From assembly GCA_026770705.1 (NCBI GenBank), contig JANJGN010000151.1, positions 1 to 64,000 of the forward strand: a DNA stretch of 64,000 nucleotides. The letters are read 5' to 3'. Source of the DNA: Isurus oxyrinchus. Lineage: Eukaryota. Under the pieces are notes generated by a model. That model was not told the origin of the DNA. It made no database searches and saw only the letters and a program-made list of their open reading frames with translations. Below are positions 38,701 to 51,639 of the stretch, piece by piece; positions within the stretch are counted from its first letter, which is position 1; every line of letters begins with the position of its first letter. The position numbers were made by a program, and so were the translations under genes.

Positions 38701-39693
38701 GGGTGAATCTTTTAACAATCTCCGAGAAGGAAGCGGGATTAGTCCCTTATTGTGAGCGCCGAACGTTGCACTATTTAGAGACAAATGTGGTGGTGTGAAA
38801 GTCTACTAATTCACGCTGGCNNNNNNNNNNNNNNNNNNNNNNNNNNNNNNNNNNNNNNNNNNNNNNNNNNNNNNNNNNNNNNNNNNNNNNNNNNNNNNNN
38901 NNNNNNNNNNNNNNNNNNNNNNNNNNNNNNNNNNNNNNNNNNNNNNNNNNNNNNNNNNNNNNNNNTACGCATGTGTTGCATTATGCATGTTTGCATAATT
39001 CGTATGTAGAGTAGAAGTGTGTAGAAAGCACGTAACAAAGGAGGGTTAGACAATGAGCTCTGGGAATCATTGCATTTCATGGTCCAATGGCACCTGGTAG
39101 TCCGACGAAAAAGACCAGCAATTCCTTCATCCAGATTGGTTCCTCAAATAATTCATAAACAGATGTTGAGATATGATGATCATTTTGTGACAGAATGGAA
39201 TTTTTGCTATTGGCCACAAATTGAAATTTTCCAGAAACTATCTGGATTCCGCAATATCTTTATTCCCGATAGGCTCAGATTGGCAAAACTTCCTGACAAA
39301 TAATTGTACATTCCCACCTCTCCCTGTGTAAATAATATTTCTACCCTATAATATCGACTATATTTGAAAACAAGTATGAACTTGCCGCTTTCTGAGATCC
39401 TCAGGATGTAATAAGTGGTGGAGAAGCTGGGTGAATCTTTTAACAATCTCCGAGAAGGAAGCGGGATTAGTCCCTTATTGTGAGCGCCGTAAGTTGCACT
39501 ATTAGAGACAAATGTGGTGTGCAAAAGTCTACTAATTCATGTTGGTGTTCTGGCCTACCAATTCTGTGTGTGTGTCTGTGTGTGTGTCTGTATTTGTGTG
39601 TATGTGCGTGTGTAAAAGTAAACCATGTACACATGTGTTGCATTATGCATGTTTGCATAATTCGTATGTAGAGTAGAAGTGTGTAGAAAGCAC
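38701..39693. repeat. Local direct duplication (about 38701-39031 and 39429-39693)
   Basis: Near-identical gggtgaatcttttaacaatctccgagaagg... and catgtgttgcattatgc...gtagaaagcac in both copies; the first copy spans an N-gap. Confidence 0.85.
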
Positions 39694-40184
39694 AAAACAC
39701 ATCATTCTGAATGTTTACAAATGCATGTTGCTGGTAATATCGCATTAGACCCTGCCTTATTTCATAGATTGCAAGGAAATACCATTGCTTACGTCACACA
39801 AGACCTGTTTTCATTTATTATTGTAATTGAGCTTGTCTCTGTTTACGTTATGCAAGTCCCTGCATCAGTTTTCAGTGAAGTAGAGAATGTCCACTTTTAC
39901 ATTAGCTTAGTTTCTATCTCTGTTATTGAATTAATAGATCTTGGGCCTATTGGATTAAACCAGATCACTTTTTATGAGATTAGATCTTATTCTGTGATTA
40001 GGTGAGGGCACATTTTGGCTCTGTTCATGTTACATTTGACAATTGTTTAACTCTTATCAGATTAGGCTGTCCCATGTCGCTGTTTATGATATACTGGGCC
40101 ATGTCATTGTCATTCTGTGTTTCAGACCACCCGCACCCATCAACACTCTGTCGCCAAACAAATCAATATATGACTATGGGACTT

Positions 40185-40745
40185 TAAGCAAGAGTGGGCC
40201 GTTCAGCCCACAGAACCTGATCCACCATTCCATACATTCATGGCTGATCTGTTTGTGGTCCTATTCCATATTCCCGTCTGGCCCCTAACTCCCTTGCCTA
40301 TCAAAAATCTGCCTAACTTATGGTATTAGCACAACATAACTCACCCTTGAATATATTTAATGACCAGCCTCCACTGCTTTCTAAGAAAGAGAATTCCACA
40401 TACAAACAACCCTCTGAGAGAAGAATAAATCTCCTCATCTGCCCCTTAAAGGTAGGTCCCTTAATCCTAAACTCTGTCCCCTAGTTCTGGTCACTCCCGG
40501 AAGTGGAAACATGCTCCCGGTATCTACCTTGTCAAGACACAGCACCAGCCTACCCGTATTATCCCCCCTACCTCTCTCTCTCTCTCCCCCCACCGCCCCC
40601 CGCCCCCCCCCCCCCCCCCCCCCCCACCACCCACCTCCCACCCACCTCAGGCTCCTACATATTTCGCTAAGTTCATCTTTTATTATTCTAAATTCCACTG
40701 GCTATTGATCCAAATTATTCAAGATTTCTTCATAAGACAAGCTCC
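40185..40745 (-). mobile_element. CR1-type LINE 3' fragment with an inserted C-rich tract
   Basis: LDKVDTGSMFPLPGVTRTRGQSL. Confidence 0.75.
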
Positions 40746-42073
40746 TCGTCCCAAACAACGATGAACTGATCGATGGTTTTCATTGATAAGCATGATATTA
40801 GGGACCTCCAGCTGCACAAATTTGATTTAGCGTTTCTTGAAAAGCACTTTATTCACCGAGAGAGATGGTTCGTATGGCCGGAGGTCGTGAATATCGCTGT
40901 TTGCAACCATAAAGCAAAGGAGCAGATCAGTTGCCGGTCTATGAAAGAGCAACCCAGTTAGTTATTCTTACTTGTTCTTAATCAAATGTCACCCTAGAAT
41001 TTACTAAATTAACTTTTGAAACTTGTTATTGAATGTGCGTCCAGCTCCTTTTCATGCAGCAGAAGCCAGATCACAATTCAATGCTCAAAAATCCCACTTC
41101 TCATCCCATCAAATACTTTGTTTTAAGTGTTAAGAATAACGTTAGTGGAACTTGTGTCTGTGAAGTGGGAGGAATAAAACAAGAAAAAAAGACAGAANNN
41201 NNNNNNNNNNNNNNNNNNNNNNNNNNNNNNNNNNNNNNNNNNNNNNNNNNNNNNNNNNNNNNNNNNNNNNNNNNNNNNNNNNNNNNNNNNNNNNNNNNNN
41301 NNNNNNNNNNNNNNNNNNNNNNNNNNNNNNNNNNNNNNNNNNNNNNNNNNNNNNNNNNNNNNNNNNNNNNNNNNNNNNNNNNNNNNNNNNNNNNNNNNNN
41401 NNNNNNNNNNNNNNNNNNNNNNNNNNNNNNNNNNNNNNNNNNNNNNNNNNNNNNNNNNNNNNNNNNNNNNNNNNNNNNNNNNNNNNNNNNNNNNNNNNNN
41501 NNNNNNNNNNNNNNNNNNNNNNNNNNNNNNNNNNNNNNNNNNNNNNNNNNNNNNNNNNNNNNNNNNNNNNNNNNNNNNNNNNNNNNNNNNNNNNNNNNNN
41601 NNNNNNNNNNNNNNNNNNNNNNNNNNNNNNNNNNNNNNNNNNNNNNGATAAAGAAAAATGGAAAAAAAAAACGACCTCAGGATTTCCTGGTGCTTTCCTG
41701 CCAATCAAGTGTTTCCCCCCGTGTCATGTGGGAAACACGTCAGCAAATGCAAGATTCCACAAATATATCTGGAGAAATAATCAGATCGCTGTTTTCAATG
41801 GTGTTAAATGAGGGACAATTATTGTAGGAACCTGGGGAAAGCTCTTCCTGCTCCTTTTTGAAATTGCGACCATGGGACATTCACATTCCACATGAGAGGG
41901 CAGATACTCACAGTGGTTTAGTGTCTCAAACAGGCAGGCAGCAACTGCGATAGTTCAGTGTTCATTCAGGGCCAAAGGGACACTGTCAGCACTGGAGTAT
42001 GAGGCTAACATCTCTCAAGCGCTACAGCCCAGGTCTTTCTGGTTCTGGAGAAAGAGAGAGAGAGAGAGAGCGA

Positions 42074-42106
<33 letters not shown>

Positions 42107-42138
42107 GCTACATAGTGAACCATGATGATGAAAGAGAA

Positions 42139-44017
42139 TTAACGAGAGAACGTTATACCATGTTTAAAACAACCAGTGACGGTGGTGAAGGGGCACATCA
42201 GCAGCTTCTTCAGCTCCTCCCGGAACCTTTTCTGGGCCACTGCATAGATGAAGACGTTGTTGCAGGAACTGACTAACTGGAGCATGTTGGCTGTCTCCTG
42301 GAGGATGTATCGCGGGTCATTGAAATTCAGGCTGGTCAGGTAGCCCTCGCCTGTAATCCAGATGTAGAGGAAATGTCCAACAAAGGTGACCCACAGGAGG
42401 AGGAAGCTGAGGGAGATGGCGAAAAGCAGGACAATGGACCGCTTGCGGTTAGCCATCTCCTGGTCTCCGTCACCTTCGGCGCCCCGGAGCCTCCTGCGGG
42501 CTCTGCTGGCCGCTAAGATGTGCCTTATGGTCAGGGCATTGAGCAGCAGAATGAGGACGAACGGGAGGAAAGGAGTTAAGATGTGGTCCAGCCAGTCGTA
42601 GACCTGCCAGGCGGGCAAAGTGTAATAGGTAGGCTTAACTGCACAGAACCAGGGCACCCCATCCTGGATGTACAAAGGCTGGTAGGTAAAGTAATAAGGG
42701 ATGTTCCTCAAGCAGCTTAGGGCACTGACCAGCCCTATAACCAGCAACGCAGTTTTCTCAGTGCAGTATCTGGTCTTCAGACTCTGACAGCAGATGGCCA
42801 CGAAACGGTCGATGGTGAAGGCGACCGTCAGCCAGACTGAGCCATCCCGGGTGGCAAAGACCAGCACGGCACTAAGTGCGCATGCGGGAGTGGTGGACAG
42901 GACACTGTCCTGAAAGTAGATCCGGCCGATCCGATTGAGGATGACGGCGGTGATGATGACCAGGAAATCGCTCACTGCTATCGCCACCAGGTAGTAGGTG
43001 ATGCAACAGGACAGTCCGCATCGCCCTCGGGATAGGATTACAATCCCCAAAAAGTTCGCTGTGAGAGATAAAAAGAGGGGTCAAACGGACTGGAAACCTT
43101 GATTCTATTTATCTCTCTACAGATGCTGCTAGACCTGCTGAGTTTTTCCAGAGTCTCCTGATTTAATTTCAGATTTCCACCATCCACAGTGTTCTGCTTT
43201 TATCTGAATGAGCAAAAAATGTTGACCTTGTCATGGACACCTGCATCCCGCTAATGATTAAAAATATAATTAACCAAAATTCACAAGGCCTAAAATATCC
43301 ATAACAAATTAAAAATCTTGAATCTCCACTCACCTTTTTCAAACATTTCCATAATTAATTCCTAAGATCTTAATTCCTAATAAGAACGGTCCAGTGGGAA
43401 CTCATTATTCCGTAACTTTTACATTATTCTAGAGATCGCATTGTATATTTGTGTTATCATTAAAAGTATTTTATATTACAATTTATCTAATATATATGAT
43501 AACACTGTAATTATTCACTTTCTGATATACTGATAAAATCAGAGAATGCAGGAATGCAGGTCAGTACATTCAGATACTCGATGATCCCGCACAACACTCA
43601 AAACGCTGGATTGCATTTGACTGGCTTGGAATATAACGCAATGTTCAACTATATAACAGGTTAATGTCCAGGCAAAGCCAAGCTCTGCAACTCATATCTC
43701 AGCATTCTAATAAAAGGCATTTCTCTAAATGTGCAGCATAATAAATTGAATAATATTTTGTAATGCCCCACAATGCTAGCACAAATAGCGCAGCATAATC
43801 GACCATAACACAGTATAATATCATCCAGAGCACCTATATACGTTAGAGCTCGGTTTCAGATCCTATCATTCAGACCTTGAAAGTGAAGAGACCAAACTTC
43901 TGGAGATTTACATCGAGACAAACATTTATTCGGGATCCATCACTTACCAGGAGCACCAATAAGAGCGAGAATCGGATAGAAAATAGCGAAGAAGAGGCAT
44001 TTCGCTGGGCCATGCAT
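42139..44017 (-). CDS. Class A GPCR, GPR139/GPR142-like; two exons (44017-43948, 43058-42139), 329 aa
   Basis: Exon 1 MHGPAKCLFFAIFYPILALIGAP|GTAAGT; acceptor ctctttttatctctcacag; exon 2 ANFLGIVILSRGRCGLS...AVSD...IDRFVAIC...PFLPF...LLWV...SSCNNVFIY. Seven hydrophobic segments; splice phases match; no stops. Confidence 0.93.
43105..43205 (+). mobile_element. Penelope-type 3' tail relic in the GPCR intron
   Basis: gatgctgctagacctgctgagtttttccag matches the Penelope end. Confidence 0.65.
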
Positions 44018-45541
44018 CGTCTCTCAGAAACTCAAGGAATTACCGCAGCTGTGCAAAAAAGCATGCCTCCTTTATTCTAAACGAGAGTCTCCAGAGGGAC
44101 TGTTAAGAACAATCTACACCTCAGTCACAGATCAGTGAACAAACAGATCGACTCACGGGTTCTCCCAATCGTTGCCACGTGTCCCATTATATCGTGCTTT
44201 TCTGTGTCAGGTTAGTCCGTGTATTTTTTACGTTTTTAAATGCTTTAACGTTCCCTAAATATTTTAAGAGATATACAGCTGAAATGGGAATGGTCGAAAT
44301 CAATGTTAACGTTTAACAACACCTCTTCTCCCACTCTCACACACAGCCATCACAAAATAGGATTTCAAAGGAATAAGAATTGATTAAATAAGAAATAAGA
44401 ATTGATTAAATAAGAAATAGGAACAGCAGTAGACCATTCGGCCCCTCGAACCTGCTCCGATATTCAATAAGATCATGGCAGATCTTCTTGTGTTTTAATT
44501 TCCACATTCCCATCTAACCCCCATAACCATTGATCCCCTTGCCTGACAAAAATCTATCTGCCTCTGCTTTAAAAATATTCGGCTACCCCGCCTCCATTGC
44601 CTTCCAGTGCAGAGTTCCAAGGTCGTACAACCCTCTGAGAGAAGAAAATTCTCCTCATCTCTGTCCTAAAAGGGCGAACACTAATTTTGAAGTAGTGCCC
44701 GCTAGTTCTGGACTCACCCACAAGAGGAAACGTTTTTTCGATGTCTACCTTGTCAAGGCTGTTCAGGATCTTGAATACTTTAATCAAATAACCCCTCACT
44801 CTTCTAAACTCCGGTGAGAATAAGTCCAGTTTGTCCAACCTTTCCTCATAAGCCAACCCACTCATTCCAGGTATCAATCTAGTAAATCTCCATTCAACCG
44901 CCTCTCATGCATTTACATCCTCCCTAAAATAAGGAGACTAAAACAGCACACAGTATTCGAGGTGCGGCCTCACCAATGCCCTCAATAACTGAAACATAAC
45001 TTCCTTACTTGTAGATAAAAACAAAGAAAACTGCGGATGCTGGAAATCCAAAACAAAAACAGAATTACCTGGAAAAACTCAGCAGGTCTGGCAGCATCGG
45101 CGGAGAAGAAAAGAGTTGACGTTTCGAGTCCTCATGACCCTTCGACAGAACTTGATTTCGAGTCCAAGAAAGAGTTGAAATATAAGCTGGTTTAAGGTGT
45201 GTGTGTGGGGGGGCGGAGAGATAGAGAGAGAGAGAGGTGTTTGTGTAGACAAACAAGCAGTGATAGAAGCAGACCATCAAAAGATGTCAGTGACAATGGT
45301 ACAAAAGAACACATAGGTGTTAAAGTTAAAGTTGGTGATATTATCTAAACGAATGTGCTCATTAAGAATGGATGGTAGGGCACTCAAGGTACAGCTCTAG
45401 TGGGGGTGGGGAGAGCATAAAAGATTTTAAAATATTTAAAAATAATGGAAATAGGTGGGAAAAGAAAAATCTATATAATTTATAGGGGAAAAAAAGGGGA
45501 AAGAGGGGAAACAGAAAGGGGGTGGGGATGGGGGAGGGAGC

Positions 45542-47304
45542 TCACGACCTAAAGTTGTTGAATTCAATATTCAGACCGGAAGGCTGTAAGGTGCCTAGTC
45601 GGAAGATGAGGTGTTGTTCCTGCAGTTTGCGTTGGGCTTCACTGGAACAATGCAGTAAGCCACGGAAAGACATGTGGGCAAGAGAGCAGGATGGAGTGTT
45701 AAAATGGCAAGCGACAGGGAGGTTTGGGTCATTCTTGCGGACAGACTGCAGGAGTTCTGCAAAGAGGTCGCCCAGTTTACGTTTGGTCTCTCCAATGTAG
45801 AGGAGACCACACTGGGAGCAACGAACGCAGTAGACTAAGTTGAGAGAAATGCAAGTGAAATGCTGCTTCACTTGAAAGGAGTGTTTGGGCCCTTGGACGG
45901 TGAGGAGAGAGGAAGTGAAGGGGCAGGTGTTACATCTTTTGTGTGGGCTTGGGGTGGTGCCATAGGAGGGGGTTGAGGAGTAGGGGGTGATGGAGGAGTG
46001 GACCAGGGTGTCCCGGAGGGAGCGATGCCGACGGAATGCCGATAAGGGGGGTGAAGGGAAGATGTGTTTGGTGGTGGCATCATGCTGGAGTTGGCGGAAA
46101 TGGTGGAGGATGATCCTTTGAATGCGGAGGCTGGTGGGGTGATAAGTGAGGACAAGGGGGACCCTATCATGTTTCTGGGAGGGAGGAGAAGGCATGAGGG
46201 CAAATGCGCGGGAGATGGGCCGGACACGGTTGAGGGCCCTGTCAACGACCGTGGGTGGAAAACCTCCCTTAAGGAAGAAGGAGGACATGTCAGAGGAACC
46301 GTTTTTGAAGGTAGCATCATCGGAACAGATGCGACGAAGGCGAAGGGACTGGGAGAATGGGATGGAGTCCTTACAGGAAGCAGGGTGTGAGGAGCTGTAG
46401 TCGAGGTTGCTGTGGGATTCGGTGGGTTTGTAATGGATATTGGTGGACAGTCTATCACCAGAAATTGAGACAGAGAGGTCAAGGAAGGGAAGGGAAGTGT
46501 CAGAGATGGACCACGTGAAAATGATGGAGGGGTGGAGATTGGAAGCAAAATTAATAAATTTTTCCAAGTCCCGACGAGAGCATGAAGCGGCACCGAAGTA
46601 ATCATCGATGTACCGGAGAAAAAGTTGTGGAAGGGGGCCGGAGTAGGACTGCAACAAGGAATGTTCCACATACCCCATAAAGAGACAGGCATAGCTGGGG
46701 CCCATGCGGGTACCCATAGCCACACCTTTTATTTGGAGAAAGTGAGAGGAGTTGAAGGAGAAAATGTTCAACGTGAGAACAAGTTCAGCCAGACGGAGGA
46801 GAGTAGTGGTGGATGGGGATTTTTCGGGCCTCTGTTCGAGGAAGAAGCTAAGGGCCCTCAGACCATCCTGGTGGGGGATGGAGGTGTAGAGGGATTGGAT
46901 GTCCATGGTGAAGAGGAAGCGGTTGGAGCCAGGGAACTGGAAATTGTTGATGTGACGTAAGGTGTCAGAGGAATCACGGATGTAGGTGGGAAGGGACTGG
47001 ACAAGGGGAGAGAGAAGGGAGTCAAGATAACGAGAAATGAGTTCTGTGGGGCAGGAGCAAGCTGAGACGATCGGTCTACCGGGGCAGTTCTGTTTGTGGA
47101 TTTTGGGTAGGAGATAGAAGCGGGCCGTCTGAGGTTGGGCGGCTATCAGGTTGGAAGCTGTGGGAGGGAGATCCCCAGAGGAGATGAGGTCACTGACAGT
47201 CCTGGAAACAATGGCTTGATGTTCAGTGGTGGGGTCATGGTCCAGGGAGAGGTAGGAGGAAGTGTCTGCGAGTTGACGCTCAGCCTCCGCGAGGTAGAGG
47301 TCAG
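45542..47304 (-). CDS. Penelope RT + GIY-YIG endonuclease, 5'-truncated, frame open
   Basis: LPKIHK, GRPIVS, MDIQSLYT, GVAMGT, RYIDD, FLD, VYC..C..C..YIGET. Confidence 0.88.
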
Positions 47305-49008
47305 TGGACCATGACCCCACCACTGAACATCAAGCCATTGTTTCCAGGACTGTCACTGACCTCATCTCCTCTGGGGATCTCCCTCCCACAGCTTCCAACC
47401 TGATTGTCGCCCAACCTCGGACGGCCCGCTTCAATCTCCAACCCAAAATCCACAAACAGATCTGCCCCGGTAGACCGATCATCTCAGCTTGCTCCTGCCC
47501 CACAGAACTCATTTCTCTTTATCTTGACTCCCTTCTCTCTCCCCTTGTCCAGTCCCTTCCCACCTACATCCGTGATTCCTCTGACACCTTACGTCACATC
47601 AACAATTTCCAGTTCCCTGGCTCCAACCGCTTCCTCTTCACCATGGACGTCCAATCCCTCTACACCTCCATCCCCCACCAGGATGGTCTGAGGGCCCTTA
47701 GCTTCTTCCTCGAACAGAGGCCCGAACAATCCCCATCCACCACTACTCTCCTCCATCTGGCTGAACTTGTTCTCACGTTGAACAATTTCTCCTTCAACTC
47801 CTCTCACTTTCTCCAAATAAAAGGTGTGGCTATGGGTACCCGCATGGGCCCCAGCTATGCCTGTCTCTTTATGGGGTATGTGGAACATTCCTTGTTGCAG
47901 TCCTACTCCGGCCCCCTTCCACAACTTTTTCTCCGATACATCAATGATTACTTTGGTGCCGCTTCATGCTCTCGTCGGGACTTGGAAAAATTTATTAATT
48001 TTGCTTCCAATCTCCACCCCTCCATCATTTTCACGTGGTCCATCTCTGACACTTCCCTTCCCTTCCTTGACCTCTCTGTCTCAATCTCTGGTGGTAGACT
48101 GTCCACCAATATCCATTACAAACCCACCGACTCCCACAGCTACCTCGACTACAGCTCCTCACACCCCGCTTCCTGTAAGGACTCCATCCCATTCTCCCAG
48201 TTCCTTCGCCTTCGTCGCATCTGTTCTGATGATGCTACCTTCAAAAACGGTTCCTCTGACATGTCCTCCTTCTTCCTTAACCGAGGTTTTCCACCCACGG
48301 TCGTTGACAGGGCCCTCAACCGTGTCCGGCCCATCTCCCGCGCATCTGCCCTCATGCATTCTCCTCCCTCCCAGAAACATGATAGGGTCCCCCTTGTCCT
48401 CACTTATCAACCCACCAGCCTCTGCATTCAAAGGATCATCCTCCGCCATTTCCGCCAACTCCAGCATGATGCCACCACCAAACAAAATCTTCCCTTCACC
48501 CCCCTTATCGGCATTCCATAGGGATCGCTCCCTCTGGGACACCCTGGTCCACTCCTCCATCACCCCCTACTCCTCAACCCCCTCCTATGGCACCACCCCA
48601 TGCCCACGCAAAAGATGTAACACCTGCCCCTTCACTTCCTCTCTCCTCACCGTCCAAGGGCCCAAATACTCCTTTCAAGTGAAGCAGCATTTCACCTGCA
48701 TTTCCCCCAACTTAGTCTACTGCATTCGTTGCTCCCAATGTGTTCTCCTCTACATTGGAGAGACCAAACGTAAACTGGGCGACCGCTTTGCAGAACACCT
48801 GCGGTCTGTCCGCAAGAATGACCCAAACCTCCCTGTCGCTTGCCATTTTAACACTCCACCCTGCTCTCTTGCCCACATGTCTGTCCTTGGCTTACTGCAT
48901 TGTTCCAGTGAAGCCCAACGCAAACTGGAGGAACAACACCTCATCTTCCGACTAGGCACCTTACAGCCTTCCGGTCTGAATATTGAATTCAACAACTTTA
49001 GGTCGTGA
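47305..49008 (+). pseudogene. Penelope RT + GIY-YIG, 5'-truncated, frameshift near 48485, catalytic YIDD->YIND
   Basis: ORFs 47304-48521 and 47824-49008 mirror the left arm. Confidence 0.9.
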
Positions 49009-49395
49009 GCTCCCTCCCCCATCCCCACCCCCTTTCTGTTTCCCCTTTTTCCCTTTTTTTCCCTATAAATTATATAGATTTTTCTTTTCCCACCTATTTC
49101 CATTATTTTTAAATATTTTAAAATCTTTTATGCTCCCCCCACCCCCACTAGAGCTGTACCTTGAGTGCCCTACCATCCATTCTTAATGAGCACATTCGTT
49201 TAGATAATATCACCAACTTTAACTTTAACACCTATGTGTTCTTTTGTACCATTGTCGCTAACATCTTTTGATGGTCTGCTTCTATCACTGCTTGTTTGTC
49301 TACACAACCACCTCTCTCTCTCTCTATCTCTCCGCCCCCCCACACACACACCTTAAACCAGCTTATATTTCAACTCTTTCTTGGACTCGAAATCA

Positions 49396-49434
49396 AGTTC
49401 TGTCGAAGGGTCATGAGGACTCGAAACGTCAACT
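49396..49434 (+). ncRNA. Minimal hammerhead-ribozyme-like motif in the Penelope 3' UTR (variant core)
   Basis: AGTT-CTGTCGA-A-GGGTC-ATGAG-GACTC-GAAA-CG-TC-AACT gives stem I, core, stem II, GAAA and a GUC site. Mirror copy at 45114-45152. Confidence 0.6.
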
Positions 49435-50479
49435 CTTTTCTTCTCCGCCGATGCTGCCAGACCTGCTGAGTTTTTCCAGGTAATTGTGTTTTTGTTTTCC
49501 TTACTTGTATGTTGACTCCCTCTCGTAATAAAGAATATCATTCCATTAGCCTTCTTTAGTACTTGCTCTACCTGCAAATTAACTTTTTGTGACTCGTGTA
49601 CTCGAACACCTAGATCCCTCCGCCCATCAGGATTATGCAGTCATTCTCCATTTAAGTAACACTCTGTTCTTTTGTTCTCCCTGCCAAAGTAAACAACTTC
49701 ACGTTTTCTCACATTAAATTCAATTTGCCAGGTCTTTTCCCACTCACTCAATCTATCTATATCCATCTGCAACCTCCTCATGTCCTCATCGCAACATACT
49801 TTCCTACCTATCTTTGTGTCACCTGCAAATTTAGCTAGCATGTCTTCAAGCACATCGTCTAAGTCATTGATGTAAATCGTATAAAAATAAGGCCCCATAC
49901 AGAACCTTGTGGGACTCTTCTCGTCACATCCTGGCAATCCGAAAAAGAGCCATTTATGCACACTCTCTGCTGTCCGTCAGCCAGCCTGATAACTGAAGCT
50001 AACACGATCATATCCCCCTTTGACTTAACAAGCATTGGAGGTAAACCGTTGTTTTGGGTCACATAGAGCAAGAGAATAGCATTCCGACTAACATAGTGGA
50101 TTGTTTTGTTTTACGTTTTACTGAAAATAGCTGCCATTCTGAGTTTTCCGTTTTATTTTCCCAGAGAACACTGGGTCGTCAAACATCATGATTTGCAGGA
50201 TATGTGTAAACAAAACATGGAGGAGAAAGTCGAGTGTAAGTTAATGAACCTCGTTGAACTTAGGGGCAAACTGCTCTGTGCTCACTCTTCCGTTACTCGC
50301 TCAGGGAAAAATAGTTGTTTCGGGTCTCTGCTCAAATGCTTTTTGCGGATTGTTGCAAATCCTATCAGCTGCTTTGCAGGCGCAGCTCGCCATTGTCCAC
50401 GCATGAGACCCAGTCAAATAACTAACATCATCCAAGTGATTCTAGAAATTGAGACAGTTTCAGGAATTCACGCACAGAC

Positions 50480-50828
50480 TCAGAGAATCACAGAATCACA
50501 GAATCACAGAGTACAGAAGAGGCCCTTCGGCCCATCGAGTCTGCACCGACACGTGAGAAACACCTGACCTATCTACCTAATCCCATTTACCAGCACGTGG
50601 CCCATAAACTTGAATGTTATGACGTGCCAAGTGCTCACCCAGGTACTTTTTAAAAGATGTGAGACAACCCGCCTCCACCACCTTCTCAGGCAACGCATTC
50701 CAGACCGTCACCACCCTGTGAGTAAAAGAGTTTTTCCTCACATCCCCCCTAAACCTCCTGCCCCTCACCTTGAACTTATGTCCCCTCGTGACTGACCCTT
50801 CAACTAAGGGGAACAGTTGCTCCCTATT
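50480..50828 (-). mobile_element. CR1-type LINE 3' end with (AGAATCAC)n tail
   Basis: RGRRFRGDVRKNSFTHRVVTVWNALP. Confidence 0.85.
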
Positions 50829-51295
50829 ACAATGTTCAATATGTTACATATACCAACAATGGCAGCGAGAAAATCCAGTCTGCCCGACACACCTTAAAGA
50901 GTTAATGCATTAATTCGCAGGGCAGTCGTTGTTGAAATATAGAAACGCGGTAGCTAATATATACACCATAAGCTCCCACAAAAAAACAACCTGATAAGCT
51001 GTTTTAGTGATGTCGGTTGAAACATTAGAATAGGTCCAGGAAACTTGGGAGAAATCCGCTATCATTTTCCAAAATAGAGGTCTGGGATTTTTTTATCTAA
51101 GAAAGTCGTGGGACCGTCGGTTTAACCTGAGAATCAGCCTGGATGATGGACTGAACTCTCTGGAGTGAAAAATGAATTCATACCCTTATAATTCAGATGC
51201 AGCAGTCAGGCCCACTGAGCAGCGGATAGCACTGACAGAGCAGGGCATGTTCCTTTGACCTGGAGAGAACGCCTGTGCCAGTTCTATATCAGTGT

Positions 51296-51639
51296 GGTTT
51301 TTGTACAGCGGCAGATGAGTTTGAAATAATTCTGACCCCAACCAGCAGAAAGATAGAGCTGTGCCCTCTATTTCCGCTCGAGCGGTCGATGAAGAAAACT
51401 TATTTTCTGAATTAGTCTGCTTGGCTTCGATCTTCCGTTGACAATATCAGGGTCCATTTTTCTGTCGTTTTCCCGATGCAAAATAAAACTGGGAGCCGTT
51501 GTATGCTGTCTGTATTAACACAGATTGGGGTCACCGAGGTTTGTTGTGTCTATAATCTACAGTCTATAAATCACACCATCTCCTTCAGACACGTAGAGTG
51601 CTGTCAGAGCTTGTGATCCCGCATCTGCCCGAATCTCCT
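51296..51639 (-). pseudogene. TCR alpha/delta V pseudogene with 23-RSS
   Basis: EIRADAGSQALTALYVSEGDGV/IDC../DPNLC*YRQHTTAPSFILHR...EGTALSFCWLG; CAGAATT + 23 + ACAAAAACC. Sister of 62656-62985. Confidence 0.85.

Larger units (their letters stand above)
45014..49496. mobile_element. Penelope-like retroelement inserted as a 4.5-kb palindrome with a 13-bp TSD
   Basis: Left arm minus to 47304, right arm plus from 47305; TSD TTCCTTACTTGTA at 45001-45013 and 49497-49509. Confidence 0.95.
44410..49985 (-). mobile_element. CR1-type LINE (44410-45013 and 49497-49985) split by the Penelope palindrome
   Basis: RT motif AKFAGDTK on the right and C-terminus ESRTSGHY on the left; collinear once the insert is removed. 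Confidence 0.88.

Noticed and set aside
45868-48563. Long alternative-frame Pro/Ser-rich and antisense ORFs
   Set aside because: Shadows of the C-rich Penelope coding strand.
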